A model generated the notes under the pieces. It was not told the origin of the DNA, did no database searches, and saw nothing but the letters and a program-made list of their open reading frames with translations. From the NCBI GenBank assembly GCA_000018565.1, contig CP000875.1, positions 633,199 through 697,198 on the forward strand: 64,000 nt of DNA, read 5' to 3'. Both the position numbers and the translations under genes were made by a program. The DNA comes from Herpetosiphon aurantiacus DSM 785. Its GTDB lineage: Bacteria; Chloroflexota; Chloroflexia; Chloroflexales; Herpetosiphonaceae. How positions within the stretch are numbered: the first letter of the stretch is position 1; the number at the start of each line of letters is the position of its first letter. This document shows positions 19,201-27,992 of this stretch, one piece after another.

Positions 19201-20768
19201 TGCGGCTGCTCCAATCCGGTGCTGGCAGCGCCACTATCGAGCCGTGCTTGCTGCATCGCCAAGGCTGCACCTAAGCTTCGGGCGCTGCGAGCCTGCTTTT
19301 CTTCCTGCTCGGCAGCAATGCGGGCTTTCTCGGCATCCACATCTTCAACCTCTATTAAGCTCAAGAACAGGTCGTGACTGATCGCCCCTTTTTCGTAGGC
19401 GGCTAATAAGAAGTTGCGTTCCTCGCTGCTCAAGCTGCCCAGCCACAACCGTGGCGTGACATCCGCCCGCAAGGAATCAAAGGCTTGGGCACGCCCCGCA
19501 AAGTGGGCCGCTAAGGCTAAGGCCGCTTCGAGCACCCAGCGCACCAGTTGCTTCAACGCTGTAGCTGTTGGCCCTAGGGACATCGCAAAATCCAACAATG
19601 CTTGTTTGCGACTTTCGCCACTCGCTACTGCGTCACCACTCAACAGCGCATGCAGTTGCTTGCACTCCTTGAGCATCCGGCTATAGATTGCTGCGTCGGT
19701 GTCAATGAACGTGCCCACGGGAACGGGATCACGCCATTGCACCGATGGGGTGGTGTAGCCCGTGATGCGCTCAATCTGTCCATCTTTTTCGCGCATCGGC
19801 AGCCCGACCAAATTGGTGGTTTTGCCCGGCCCGATGTCATACGGGCGATACACACGCGTTTTTTTGCCCGGGTTGGTTGGATCATCGACCTCATCAAAGG
19901 GCATTTGGGCATTGGTCATCACGCGCTCAACAAATCCGCTAATCACGATGTTGTGTTGGAGCATCGTCAACGTCATATTGAGCGCCTTCTGCATTTGCTG
20001 CATCGGTAACCCGATCAAGGGTTTGCAGGTGATTTCGATCATCAGTAAGTGACCCATGAGCGGCAGCCGCGTTTCTCCGGTAACGGCTTCGCCTTCGAGT
20101 GTGCGCATCACGGTATCGAGGCCATCAAGAAAGGTCACTTCAGCCACTTCCTGTTTCGCGTCGTTGGTGTAGACATACACACCACAGGCCTGCATCGTGG
20201 CCGTGTCGCGGCTCACGCCAGCCTGCTCGGGTGAAAGTCCATCCAACCAAATGAGATTCAAGGCATCGGCCAAACTGGGCTGGCGCTGAATCACGCCGCC
20301 TTCGACAACGGCAGGGGGCACAAATAACCGCAGGACGGCGCGGCCATGCACCACGGCGGTGGCAATGCTTTCTTGTAGGATACCCAGCACATTCCGTTGA
20401 TCCCACCAGCTCGTCATGGCGGCTTCCGCTTCATCGAGCAATGCTTGCTCTTGGGTATTCGGCTGTTCCTCCTCCAGTAATGGACGACGCAGGGCATAGC
20501 TCCATTGAGGTTCCCGCCCGACTGCACCATTCGCATGCCGCTCAATCACCTCGGCAATGACATTGCTGGAAACAAACTCGCGTTGAATACGCGTCATCAC
20601 CTCGGTCGCGCCCTTATCGGTTGATGCTGGAGCGGGGCCAGTCCACGCCGCGCCACCTTGCCAGTGATCGCCATCGCGAAACAGCACCGCGCTTTTGACC
20701 GCTTCCGGCGTGGTTGGCAAGCGTTTTTTGGCGGCTTCAACCGACAAATTGTCAAAGGCTGTTGGCAT
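19197..20768 (-). CDS. Phage portal protein
   Basis: Size about 520 aa, immediately downstream of the terminase large subunit. The ORF track extends to 20843 but overlaps the terL gene; the internal Met 'MPTAFDN' at 20768 directly follows the terL stop. Confidence 0.65.
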   Translation of the reverse strand: MPTAFDNLSVEAAKKRLPTTPEAVKSAVLFRDGDHWQGGAAWTGPAPASTDKGATEVMTRIQREFVSSNVIAEVIERHANGAVGREPQWSYALRRPLLEEEQPNTQEQALLDEAEAAMTSWWDQRNVLGILQESIATAVVHGRAVLRLFVPPAVVEGGVIQRQPSLADALNLIWLDGLSPEQAGVSRDTATMQACGVYVYTNDAKQEVAEVTFLDGLDTVMRTLEGEAVTGETRLPLMGHLLMIEITCKPLIGLPMQQMQKALNMTLTMLQHNIVISGFVERVMTNAQMPFDEVDDPTNPGKKTRVYRPYDIGPGKTTNLVGLPMREKDGQIERITGYTTPSVQWRDPVPVGTFIDTDAAIYSRMLKECKQLHALLSGDAVASGESRKQALLDFAMSLGPTATALKQLVRWVLEAALALAAHFAGRAQAFDSLRADVTPRLWLGSLSSEERNFLLAAYEKGAISHDLFLSLIEVEDVDAEKARIAAEQEEKQARSARSLGAALAMQQARLDSGAASTGLEQPQ

Positions 20769-20781
20769 CGATACCCCTTGT

Positions 20782-22215
20782 TTAGTAGCTATCCCACGAG
20801 CCAGCAATGGCTTCGTCTTCGACTTCCGTTGGTTGACTGGCAACCATGAGAGCGATGGCCCATGCCATCACGAAATCATCGTGATAGCCTGCGGGTGCGC
20901 CTGTCCCGCCGTTCTTCAAAATCCGATAAATCGCTAGTTCATTCAGCGCCGTTTGATTGCGAATTTTTACCAACACATCGCGCAGTGCCGTTGCTAACAG
21001 GTCAATCATTTGTGGCTTGGTCTGGGCGTTGGTCAGCCAGCCTGCTCGCCCATCAAGGCCATACACGATGCGCGTGAATCCGGCCAGCTTCATCGTCGTC
21101 AGTACCGCGTGGCCGTGATTGTTCCGTTCGACCGCAACCGTGGCCCCGTACCCATCCGACAACGCCATCAAGATGCGAGCGTATTCATCCGGTTCCCACT
21201 TGCCGTGGACGCTGACCATTTCCTCCCATGACACTGCGTCGATTAGGGTGGCAGCGCAGAAGTCGCCGTGCTCCAGCCCTTCGGCTACGTCCGCTGCCAG
21301 AATGTAGCGCCGTCCTTGTTGCGGCAATTGATACATCGTTACGCCGTCAAGCTTGTCCAGCGCATCGGGTAACGATTCCGCTGCTAAACCGTCACTCGGT
21401 GTCTGCTGAAGCAACCACGGCATTTTGAACCGTGTGCGCCCTGACACCAAAAAGGCTTCTTGCGCGGTTGAGGGATATTCCTGCCGAACCATATCAAGGT
21501 CGGTATACTCCTCAAGCTGCTCTTGATACCACTGGGCATCACGGGTTGGTCGCGCCCACCATGGCAGAAAAATAGTTTTGAACCGATTCTTGGCACTGAG
21601 TGCCTTGACCCATAATTGATGAAACAGATTGCCAATCCCGTTGGCTGTGGAGAGAACAATCAGTTGGCCGCCGCCGTCAATCGTGGGCTTGAGCGCGGTA
21701 TACAACTGCTTAGCCCAAATCAAGAATCCGGCTTCGTCCAAAATCACGAGCGATGCAGTGAACGAACGCCCTGCCCCTTTGGTCGCGGGCAGTGATTTAA
21801 CCCGACTGCCATTCGCCCATTCCAGTTCGGTCGTGTTGTCCGTCACCAGCGCTGGCGAGGCTTCGCGCATCCAATCGGGTAAGCGTTCATACAACCGTTT
21901 GACCCGATGAAGCATCTCGTCCGCTTCGCCTTGACCTTTACTGAAGATCAGCACCACCTTGCCCGGTTGGAACAGGCAGAGCCACAGGGCATAGGCACAA
22001 CACAACCAGCTAATACCCAACTGCCGCGCCTTCAAGATCAGAATTAGACGCTGAAGCAGAAGCGTCCACAGGACTTCAATCTGCGCAGGCCAGAGCGTAA
22101 ACGGCATATCGCCGCTGCCATCACCAAGACCCTGCGCGTCGTCTATTCGTCCGTAGTTGTGGGTGAAGTAGGCAGGGTCGGCATGGCACTTTGCCAATTC
22201 GACAGCTTTCGACAT
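20782..22215 (-). CDS. Phage terminase large subunit
   Basis: 477 aa, positioned between the terS and portal genes. It has ATPase-like N-terminal and nuclease-like C-terminal acidic motifs (DDFVMAW). The identification rests mainly on synteny. Confidence 0.65.
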   Translation of the reverse strand: MSKAVELAKCHADPAYFTHNYGRIDDAQGLGDGSGDMPFTLWPAQIEVLWTLLLQRLILILKARQLGISWLCCAYALWLCLFQPGKVVLIFSKGQGEADEMLHRVKRLYERLPDWMREASPALVTDNTTELEWANGSRVKSLPATKGAGRSFTASLVILDEAGFLIWAKQLYTALKPTIDGGGQLIVLSTANGIGNLFHQLWVKALSAKNRFKTIFLPWWARPTRDAQWYQEQLEEYTDLDMVRQEYPSTAQEAFLVSGRTRFKMPWLLQQTPSDGLAAESLPDALDKLDGVTMYQLPQQGRRYILAADVAEGLEHGDFCAATLIDAVSWEEMVSVHGKWEPDEYARILMALSDGYGATVAVERNNHGHAVLTTMKLAGFTRIVYGLDGRAGWLTNAQTKPQMIDLLATALRDVLVKIRNQTALNELAIYRILKNGGTGAPAGYHDDFVMAWAIALMVASQPTEVEDEAIAGSWDSY

Positions 22216-22883
22216 TGTTCCTCACGCCACTGTTTTAATTCATCAGCTGCTTGCGCCATCGCCGGACTATCAATCGGAATTGGCGCACCGCCCCTACCCG
22301 TATGCTCAGCGCGATCAACCCACATTGCGTGATACTTGCCTAGTGTGATCAACGCACCTTGTGCGTCGTACAATTCAATCGATTCCCCCTTAGGGCCGAC
22401 CGAGTATTTTTTGATAAGGTGCATCACGCCACGGTGCTCGGCTTTGACTAAGCTGAGATAGGTCGCCGGACGCATGGCCTTTTCTTCAACCTCCTCTAAA
22501 ACAATCTCTTTTGAGCTACCTTTCTTATCAACACTGACTAAAATGCGCCGTTTGATGACTGTTCGCTCTTCTTCGCCAATAAAAAAGAAATCATCCATCG
22601 AGGTGCGAGCCTGCTGTGCGAGCCGTCCCACAATCTCGGTCTTACTAATAATGTCGTCGGCGCGGCGTGCAATCTCGGCCTTAATGTTAGGTTTTGTCAG
22701 GTTTTCTGATCCGATGCTCCGCGCTGAGCGTTCCGCATACCCAGCCCGAATTGCCGCTTTCGTGGCATTGAAATCCACGAGATATTCATCGACAAAGCGC
22801 CGTTGTCGCGTGGTCAATGGTTTTTCTGCTTCGGGATTGGTCATATTGGCCTGCCTCGGGTTGGGATTAAGACTTTGAGACAA
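22143..22883 (-). CDS. Phage terminase small subunit
   Basis: 'TTRQRRFVDEYLVDFNATKAAIRAGYAERSARSIGSENLTKPNIKAEI' is the classic Terminase_2/TerS signature. Confidence 0.75.
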   Translation of the reverse strand: MSQSLNPNPRQANMTNPEAEKPLTTRQRRFVDEYLVDFNATKAAIRAGYAERSARSIGSENLTKPNIKAEIARRADDIISKTEIVGRLAQQARTSMDDFFFIGEEERTVIKRRILVSVDKKGSSKEIVLEEVEEKAMRPATYLSLVKAEHRGVMHLIKKYSVGPKGESIELYDAQGALITLGKYHAMWVDRAEHTGRGGAPIPIDSPAMAQAADELKQWREEQCRKLSNWQSAMPTLPTSPTTTDE

Positions 22884-23073
22884 TGACCCATTACTCGATT
22901 AATTAAGGATTAATTGGGTCTTGTCGCCGCTAGCGCGGCGGGTAGTAATATTGTTGGCTTTCATCACTGGGTTCTTGGTCAATGATGCTGAAAAATCGCC
23001 ACAAATCGACATTGATGTAGATCAAAAAGCCATACACAAAGCCGATATAGCTCAACGCACACCACAGCATGGG

Positions 23074-23409
23074 TTATTCGGATTCCTGCGTCTTTTTATA
23101 CTTTTCGGCCATCACAAGATCACGAAGCAATGTTTCACTAAACGGCAAGCCGTATTGGGTAAGATAGCCACTGGCAACTTGTACCGCCTTTGCCAACAGA
23201 TCTTCAGCTTTAAGGCCGTGGGCTTCAGCAGCACGAAGGCCAGCTTTGACAGCCCCATACAGTGCGTCGCGCTGCTCGGCCCCAAGGTTTGCATCAGCCC
23301 ACGTGTGCAAAGCTTCGGCGGCTTTTGGGGCAATTGATTTCAAAAATCCAATAACAAATGAGAGAACGGCAACGATCATCAAGGCCAGCAACGTTTGGGT
23401 GAGGGTCAT
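23074..23409 (-). CDS. Small membrane protein (holin-like candidate)
   Basis: N-terminal transmembrane helix 'LLALMIVAVLSFVIGFL' followed by a charged C-terminus. Confidence 0.3.
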   Translation of the reverse strand: MTLTQTLLALMIVAVLSFVIGFLKSIAPKAAEALHTWADANLGAEQRDALYGAVKAGLRAAEAHGLKAEDLLAKAVQVASGYLTQYGLPFSETLLRDLVMAEKYKKTQESE

Positions 23410-23855
23410 AGCGATGCTCCTGTGTTAAGTGGTGATAGGTATTCGTCGATGGGGTCAAGCCCGTTGTGTTGTTCATCCGTTCGAGGGCTAGTGGTTGGGC
23501 GATCAAGGCCAGCCCGACGCGGCTTTTTCGGCAAGGGGATTTGATGGTGATGGCAGGTGTCTTCGAGGGCTTGAATATAGAGCTGCGCATCCATCAGCGC
23601 ATAGGCATCAATTGTCCAGCGCTCACGAGCATTGATCACTTCACGGCGTAGAGCACTCATGGCTAGATCGAATTGCGCACTGAGCGCGGCTAGTTCTCGC
23701 TTGGCTGCATCACGTACTGCATGAAGTTCGGCCTTGAGGCTTACATTTTCGCGCACGACCGAAAGATAACCCCGCGCAAACATCCATGCACCAACCATCA
23801 CCACAATGGTGAGTCCAATCAGCCAAACAACAGCCCCGATTAACAAACTATCCAT
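23406..23855 (-). CDS. Membrane-anchored coiled-coil protein (spanin-like or regulatory candidate)
   Basis: N-terminal transmembrane helix 'LIGAVVWLIGLTIVVMVGAWMF' followed by a coiled-coil. Start is coupled to the stop of the downstream ORF. Confidence 0.3.
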   Translation of the reverse strand: MDSLLIGAVVWLIGLTIVVMVGAWMFARGYLSVVRENVSLKAELHAVRDAAKRELAALSAQFDLAMSALRREVINARERWTIDAYALMDAQLYIQALEDTCHHHQIPLPKKPRRAGLDRPTTSPRTDEQHNGLDPIDEYLSPLNTGASL

Positions 23856-24014
23856 AAAGCACCATTCAAGCTAAAAAACAAAGCTCGCGCTAGTTCTCAA
23901 GGAACTAACACGAGCCGCTTCTTCGTGAGCGTGATACCAGCGACAATCATCAAGCCAGCCATCACGAACGGATATGCAAATGTATCAAGAATTTAGCACA
24001 CTTGTTTTCAATCG

Positions 24015-24257
24015 TCAAGTAGTTTGCCTAACGATCCCTAGTCGTTGTTTTTTGCGTCGCTGCCGTTTTGGCGCATACCAAATCGTTTGGTTCTTGCATG
24101 CGCCACAGGTGATTGGGGTTGTGGTTGTGATGCAGGCAATCCCACAGATTAATGCAAAACCATCATGCGGAATGAAACCCAACGGCGTACCACAGTGGGA
24201 ACAATAAAAGATTTGAAATTTCATGACTTTATCCCACATATCCCACATATCCCACAT
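24015..24257 (-). CDS. Small zinc-ribbon protein; the true start is probably the internal Met (MKFQIFY...)
   Basis: CSHCG...CGIAC...CGAC cysteine pairs. The annotated N-terminus (MWDMWDMWD) is encoded by a 9-bp tandem repeat. Confidence 0.3.
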   Translation of the reverse strand: MWDMWDMWDKVMKFQIFYCSHCGTPLGFIPHDGFALICGIACITTTTPITCGACKNQTIWYAPKRQRRKKQRLGIVRQTT

Positions 24258-24386
24258 TTTTCAAATTCCGAAAATTTCGGAATTTGGTGTCAGTTCCCTT
24301 TTTGTAGTGGTGAAACTGGTGTCACTGTAGGATTGGCTAGTGTCATTGGTCGATGAACAAACCGAACGCCATCTAAAAACACATTA

Positions 24387-24881
24387 TCAAGCTGAAGGCG
24401 TAATCCGGCTTGATTCTGGTTGAACTTCAATGGTACGCCGCTGATCTGGCAATAGACGATCGCGCTGCGCAACATCTCCAGCGCTTCGGTTGGTGTCACT
24501 GGTTTGTACCGCTGATTGGTTTGGTTGGTTGGTGTCACTTTCTTTTTCTTGGGCTTGGGTTTGGGCTGCTCGGTTTCGTCCGTAGATGTGTTTGTTGACG
24601 GCATATTGGGCCTTCCGTTCATCATCAAGCTGGTCAAAGGTGCCACCATACCGCGATGGTCGATAATCCCCGCTGCCTTTGCGCCACTGCCAATACTTGC
24701 CCCGTTCTTTGATTTCTCTGCGCCACTCCAAAATGTTGAATTCATCGAAGAGCAGCGGTAATTGTTCAAAATCATTGGTGTCAGTTGCAAAATCATTAGT
24801 GTCAGCCGATTCATTGGCTAGTGTCAGTGGGAGATCGGCCAACGATTGGGGTGTGATGCAGCTGGTGTCAGGCTGCACCAC
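24387..24881 (-). CDS. Hypothetical phage early-region protein containing TDTNDF repeats (the alternative frame 24290-24814 cannot be excluded)
   Basis: Two long ORFs overlap in different frames across a region dense in GTGTCA repeats. Which frame is coding is uncertain. Confidence 0.25.
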   Translation of the reverse strand: MVQPDTSCITPQSLADLPLTLANESADTNDFATDTNDFEQLPLLFDEFNILEWRREIKERGKYWQWRKGSGDYRPSRYGGTFDQLDDERKAQYAVNKHIYGRNRAAQTQAQEKESDTNQPNQSAVQTSDTNRSAGDVAQRDRLLPDQRRTIEVQPESSRITPSA

Positions 24882-24901
24882 ATCGGTATCAATCGTTGGC
24901 G

Positions 24902-25696
24902 CTAATCGTTTTTTGGTTGATCAGCATACCCTTCGTTGTTGGTATAAATAATGGGCGTGGTATCAAAAGGTAGTTCCTGCTGTGGTTCAATGTGATCATG
25001 GGTTTGGCTATGAAGTGACTCGGTTTGATCATGGTTTGAACCATTCAATGGCAGGCCGACGATTTGGCGGGTAATTTGAAGTGCTGAATTGTATGCCCCC
25101 TGCTCGGCAACCTTGGCAATATCGCTCGCCTGTAATGCCATCATCAGCGATTGCTTGACTTGGGCAATTTGCTTCATCGCAAATTCATGCTCGGCACTCA
25201 CTCGCGCATACTCCGCCTCACGCATCAAAGCCCGTTTTGAGGTTTCAAGCAACCGATCCGACTGCCGATCCTTTTGTCCATCATCGGCCAGATAGACCAA
25301 GCCCCAGCCGATAATCGTGATAGCTGGGCCAATGAAGGGGATCGCTAATTGCCACATGGTGAAAAAGCTAGATAGCTCAAGCTTCTTAATAAGCTGATAG
25401 CTGGTGGTAGCATTGATTGCCAGCACCGCAACATCAACCAGCCAAAACAGGATACCCACAATGAATTGAGTGCCAGGCGCTAACCAATAGTGCAATGCGA
25501 GTGGAATCAAGCAGGCACTAATGAAGGTTCCCAAAATCCCAATGCCGACGAGGGCTTGCATCAAGGGCGATTCGCTAATATCGCCCAAGGCGAAGCCTAC
25601 TAGCACTTCCATCATGACAATGGATAGAACATAGGCCAGCCCGCTACCAAAGATGATCAACGATTTAATGGATTGGCGGTTATGTTGCTCTAACAT
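24902..25696 (-). CDS. Polytopic membrane protein with a C-terminal coiled-coil (function unknown)
   Basis: 4-5 hydrophobic helices in the N-terminal 150 aa. Charged helical C-terminus. Confidence 0.45.
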   Translation of the reverse strand: MLEQHNRQSIKSLIIFGSGLAYVLSIVMMEVLVGFALGDISESPLMQALVGIGILGTFISACLIPLALHYWLAPGTQFIVGILFWLVDVAVLAINATTSYQLIKKLELSSFFTMWQLAIPFIGPAITIIGWGLVYLADDGQKDRQSDRLLETSKRALMREAEYARVSAEHEFAMKQIAQVKQSLMMALQASDIAKVAEQGAYNSALQITRQIVGLPLNGSNHDQTESLHSQTHDHIEPQQELPFDTTPIIYTNNEGYADQPKND

Positions 25697-25853
25697 AGAA
25701 TGCCCCTAATATGCTACGTTTCTGACCAGTGGGGTTCGATACGCAGTCCATATTTGGGGCATGGTGAAGTTACGGGTTGGTGGTTGGCTGCCCACCCGGC
25801 TCACCAACCAGAGTTGTTGCTGAAAAGCGACAACTCTTTTTTTGTGCCCAAAT

Positions 25854-26348
25854 TTAAGCTTTGCTGGCCTGCATACCAAGAAACATGTGGAGGTGGGCGG
25901 CGTGCTCTTGGACATGGCGCAGATTGTAGAGCAACAACTCGCCAAATGGCACTTGGCCCCATGGAAAGCTACAGTTACGCAAGGCTTGCTCAGCTGAGAG
26001 ATTCGTGATCGTGGTTTGGCAGGCTTGGCGGCAATGAGCCAAATATTCGAGCAACTCAGCGCGAGTATAGGTGCGCGGAAGGCTTTCGTTGGCCTGCATT
26101 TCTACCAAATCAAATGGCGCTGGTGGCATAAAACCTTCTTCAGCTCCAGTCAGATAGAGATCAAGCCAAAAGAGTGTGTGATAGGCCAGATACCAGAAGC
26201 GCGAAAAGCCCGCCGCAACCCATTGATTTGGCTCGTCTGGCCATAATTGTCGTTCCCACAGGTGCTCAGGGCACGTGTTAAGCGCCTGTTCAAGGTTGGT
26301 AATCGTCGTGTCGAACTGTCGCCAGAGCATCGCTTGGTTAATAATCAT
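25854..26348 (-). CDS. DinB/YfiT-like (DinB_2) metal-dependent hydrolase-fold protein
   Basis: Four-helix DinB pattern with His-rich 'LRHVQEHAAHLHMFLG'. Confidence 0.65.
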   Translation of the reverse strand: MIINQAMLWRQFDTTITNLEQALNTCPEHLWERQLWPDEPNQWVAAGFSRFWYLAYHTLFWLDLYLTGAEEGFMPPAPFDLVEMQANESLPRTYTRAELLEYLAHCRQACQTTITNLSAEQALRNCSFPWGQVPFGELLLYNLRHVQEHAAHLHMFLGMQASKA

Positions 26349-26454
26349 TCAACAAAGCTCCCGATTGCTAAAACGCCAGCAACGACTCGCTAAAAGTGAG
26401 CCGCTGAGGCGTGAAACATGAATTATCAAGCGTGGTGATAGCTTGCAATAAACG

Positions 26455-27264
26455 CTAGTATTCTTCGGGCAAGGCTTCGCCAGTTTCGAGCAAGGTTTTC
26501 AAGTTGCTCAGAATCCATGTCCAGCCACCGCTGTTGAGCCCTTGGTAGGTAGCGGTTTCGCCTTGGAAATCTTCGTGCACAACTGTTACTTTGGTAATGC
26601 CACCAGGCATTGCTTCTAGCTCCCACGTTACTTTGGTTGGCGCATCTTCGTTCATCGGTGGCCAGAGCGAGTGGTAGGTATGGACTAAGCGATTGGGGGC
26701 ATCGACCTCAACCACTTGGCCTTCAACAATCGCTGCTCCATTGCTGCGCTGGTAGTTGAAGGCTGAACCAACCGCTAAATTGGTGTCAACTGTGCAGCCA
26801 TAATAGTAGCGCGTGGTGAACTCTGGCTTGATGATTGCCTCCCAGACTTGTTGTTGTGAGGCTCGGATAATGGTTTGATAGACCAACTTCGGCTTTGCTG
26901 CTGTGGTCATGCTACTTCCTCCTTCAAGCACCATTTTGAGATCAACTAAGGCCATCGCTCGCGCTGCGGCATATTTGTTGATCCAACGGTCGGAAATAAG
27001 CTGAATTGGGACGGGATTGAGATAGTGCAAGCGTTCGCGGCCAACTTTACGGGTGACAATCAGGCTAGCTTCTTCAAGCACCCGCAAATGTTTCATTACC
27101 CCAAAACGGGTCATCGGTAGTGCCGCTTCTAACTCCTTGAGCGTGCGGCCATCGCGTTCAAACAGCAGATCAAGCAACTGCCGCCGTGATGGGTCCGCCA
27201 AAGCACGAAAGATAAGTTCTTGTTCCATAGGTTTATTATATGTGACTAAATGGTCACATGTCAA
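26455..27264 (-). CDS. ArsR-family transcriptional regulator fused to an SRPBCC/AHSA1-like domain
   Basis: wHTH 'LADPSRRQLLDLLFERDGRTLKELEAALPMTRFGVMKHLRVLEEASLI'. C-terminal 150 aa SRPBCC-like. Confidence 0.75.
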   Translation of the reverse strand: MTCDHLVTYNKPMEQELIFRALADPSRRQLLDLLFERDGRTLKELEAALPMTRFGVMKHLRVLEEASLIVTRKVGRERLHYLNPVPIQLISDRWINKYAAARAMALVDLKMVLEGGSSMTTAAKPKLVYQTIIRASQQQVWEAIIKPEFTTRYYYGCTVDTNLAVGSAFNYQRSNGAAIVEGQVVEVDAPNRLVHTYHSLWPPMNEDAPTKVTWELEAMPGGITKVTVVHEDFQGETATYQGLNSGGWTWILSNLKTLLETGEALPEEY

Positions 27265-27367
27265 GAGCTTTTTGAAACATTTGTTTGCAAAAGCTGAAAT
27301 TGGTGCTGGCGAGGAGGGAATGATTTGCCGATCGCGTTACAATTGAAGTGCTAGCAGGATCGATTGC

Positions 27368-27940
27368 TTGATGGAGAACCCAATGGCTAAATTGCACCCT
27401 GAGCTAACCCCTGAATTACAGGCATTTATCGCGCAACAACCACTATTTTTTGTGGCGAGTGCTCCCTTGGCTGCCGATGGCCATGTCAATCTTTCGCCCA
27501 AAGGCTTGGATTGCTTGCGCATTCACTCGCCACAACAGGTTGCTTACTTGGATTTAACTGGCAGTGGCAATGAAACCTCAGCGCATATGTTGGAAAATGG
27601 TCGGATTACCTTGATGTTTTGTGCTTTTGTGGGAGCACCACGGATTTTGCGTTTGTATGGCCGTGGGCGGGTGATTCTGCCAACGATGGCTGAATGGGAA
27701 CCCGAGCTAGCGCAGTTTCCGCACTATCCATGCATTCGCCAAATTGTGTTGGTTGCGGTCGAGCGGGTGCAAACATCGTGTGGTTTTGGCGTGCCCTTGA
27801 TGGAGTTGGTTGGGCAGCGCGATACAGCCTTACGTTGGGCTGAGGCCAAGGGCGAACAAGGCCTAGCAACGTATCGCTCCGAGAAAAATCTCGCAAGTAT
27901 TGATGGCTTGCCAACGCACTTGGCGAGTGAGGCTGGTTAA
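27368..27940 (+). CDS. Pyridoxamine 5'-phosphate oxidase-like FMN-binding split-barrel protein
   Basis: 'PLFFVASAPLAADGHVNLSPKG...RITLMFCAF' matches the PNPOx-like pattern. Confidence 0.6.
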   Translation: MMENPMAKLHPELTPELQAFIAQQPLFFVASAPLAADGHVNLSPKGLDCLRIHSPQQVAYLDLTGSGNETSAHMLENGRITLMFCAFVGAPRILRLYGRGRVILPTMAEWEPELAQFPHYPCIRQIVLVAVERVQTSCGFGVPLMELVGQRDTALRWAEAKGEQGLATYRSEKNLASIDGLPTHLASEAG

Positions 27941-27953
27941 TCCAGTACCAACG

Positions 27954-27992
27954 GAGGGAGCCACATACCAAGTGATGTGGCTCCCTTTATTG
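27954..27992. terminator. Bidirectional terminator hairpin between convergent PNPOx-like and cmr6 genes
   Basis: gggagccacat accaagtg atgtggctccc followed by tttatt. Confidence 0.6.

Noticed and set aside
22921-23337. 138-aa + strand ORF overlapping the minus-strand holin-like gene
   Set aside because: It is opposite in orientation to the whole phage cluster and overlaps two co-directional minus-strand ORFs that are translationally coupled.
24290-24814. 174-aa alternative frame overlapping 24387-24881
   Set aside because: Only one of the two overlapping frames is likely coding. Neither has strong motifs. Both are driven by the GTGTCA repeat-rich sequence, and I kept the longer upstream-starting one at low confidence.
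25700-26008. 102-aa + strand ORF between the membrane protein and DinB genes
   Set aside because: It contains a strong hairpin plus T-run (agagttgttgctgaaaagcgacaactc ttttttt at about 25807-25845) in its middle and overlaps the DinB 3' end. It is more likely non-coding with a terminator.
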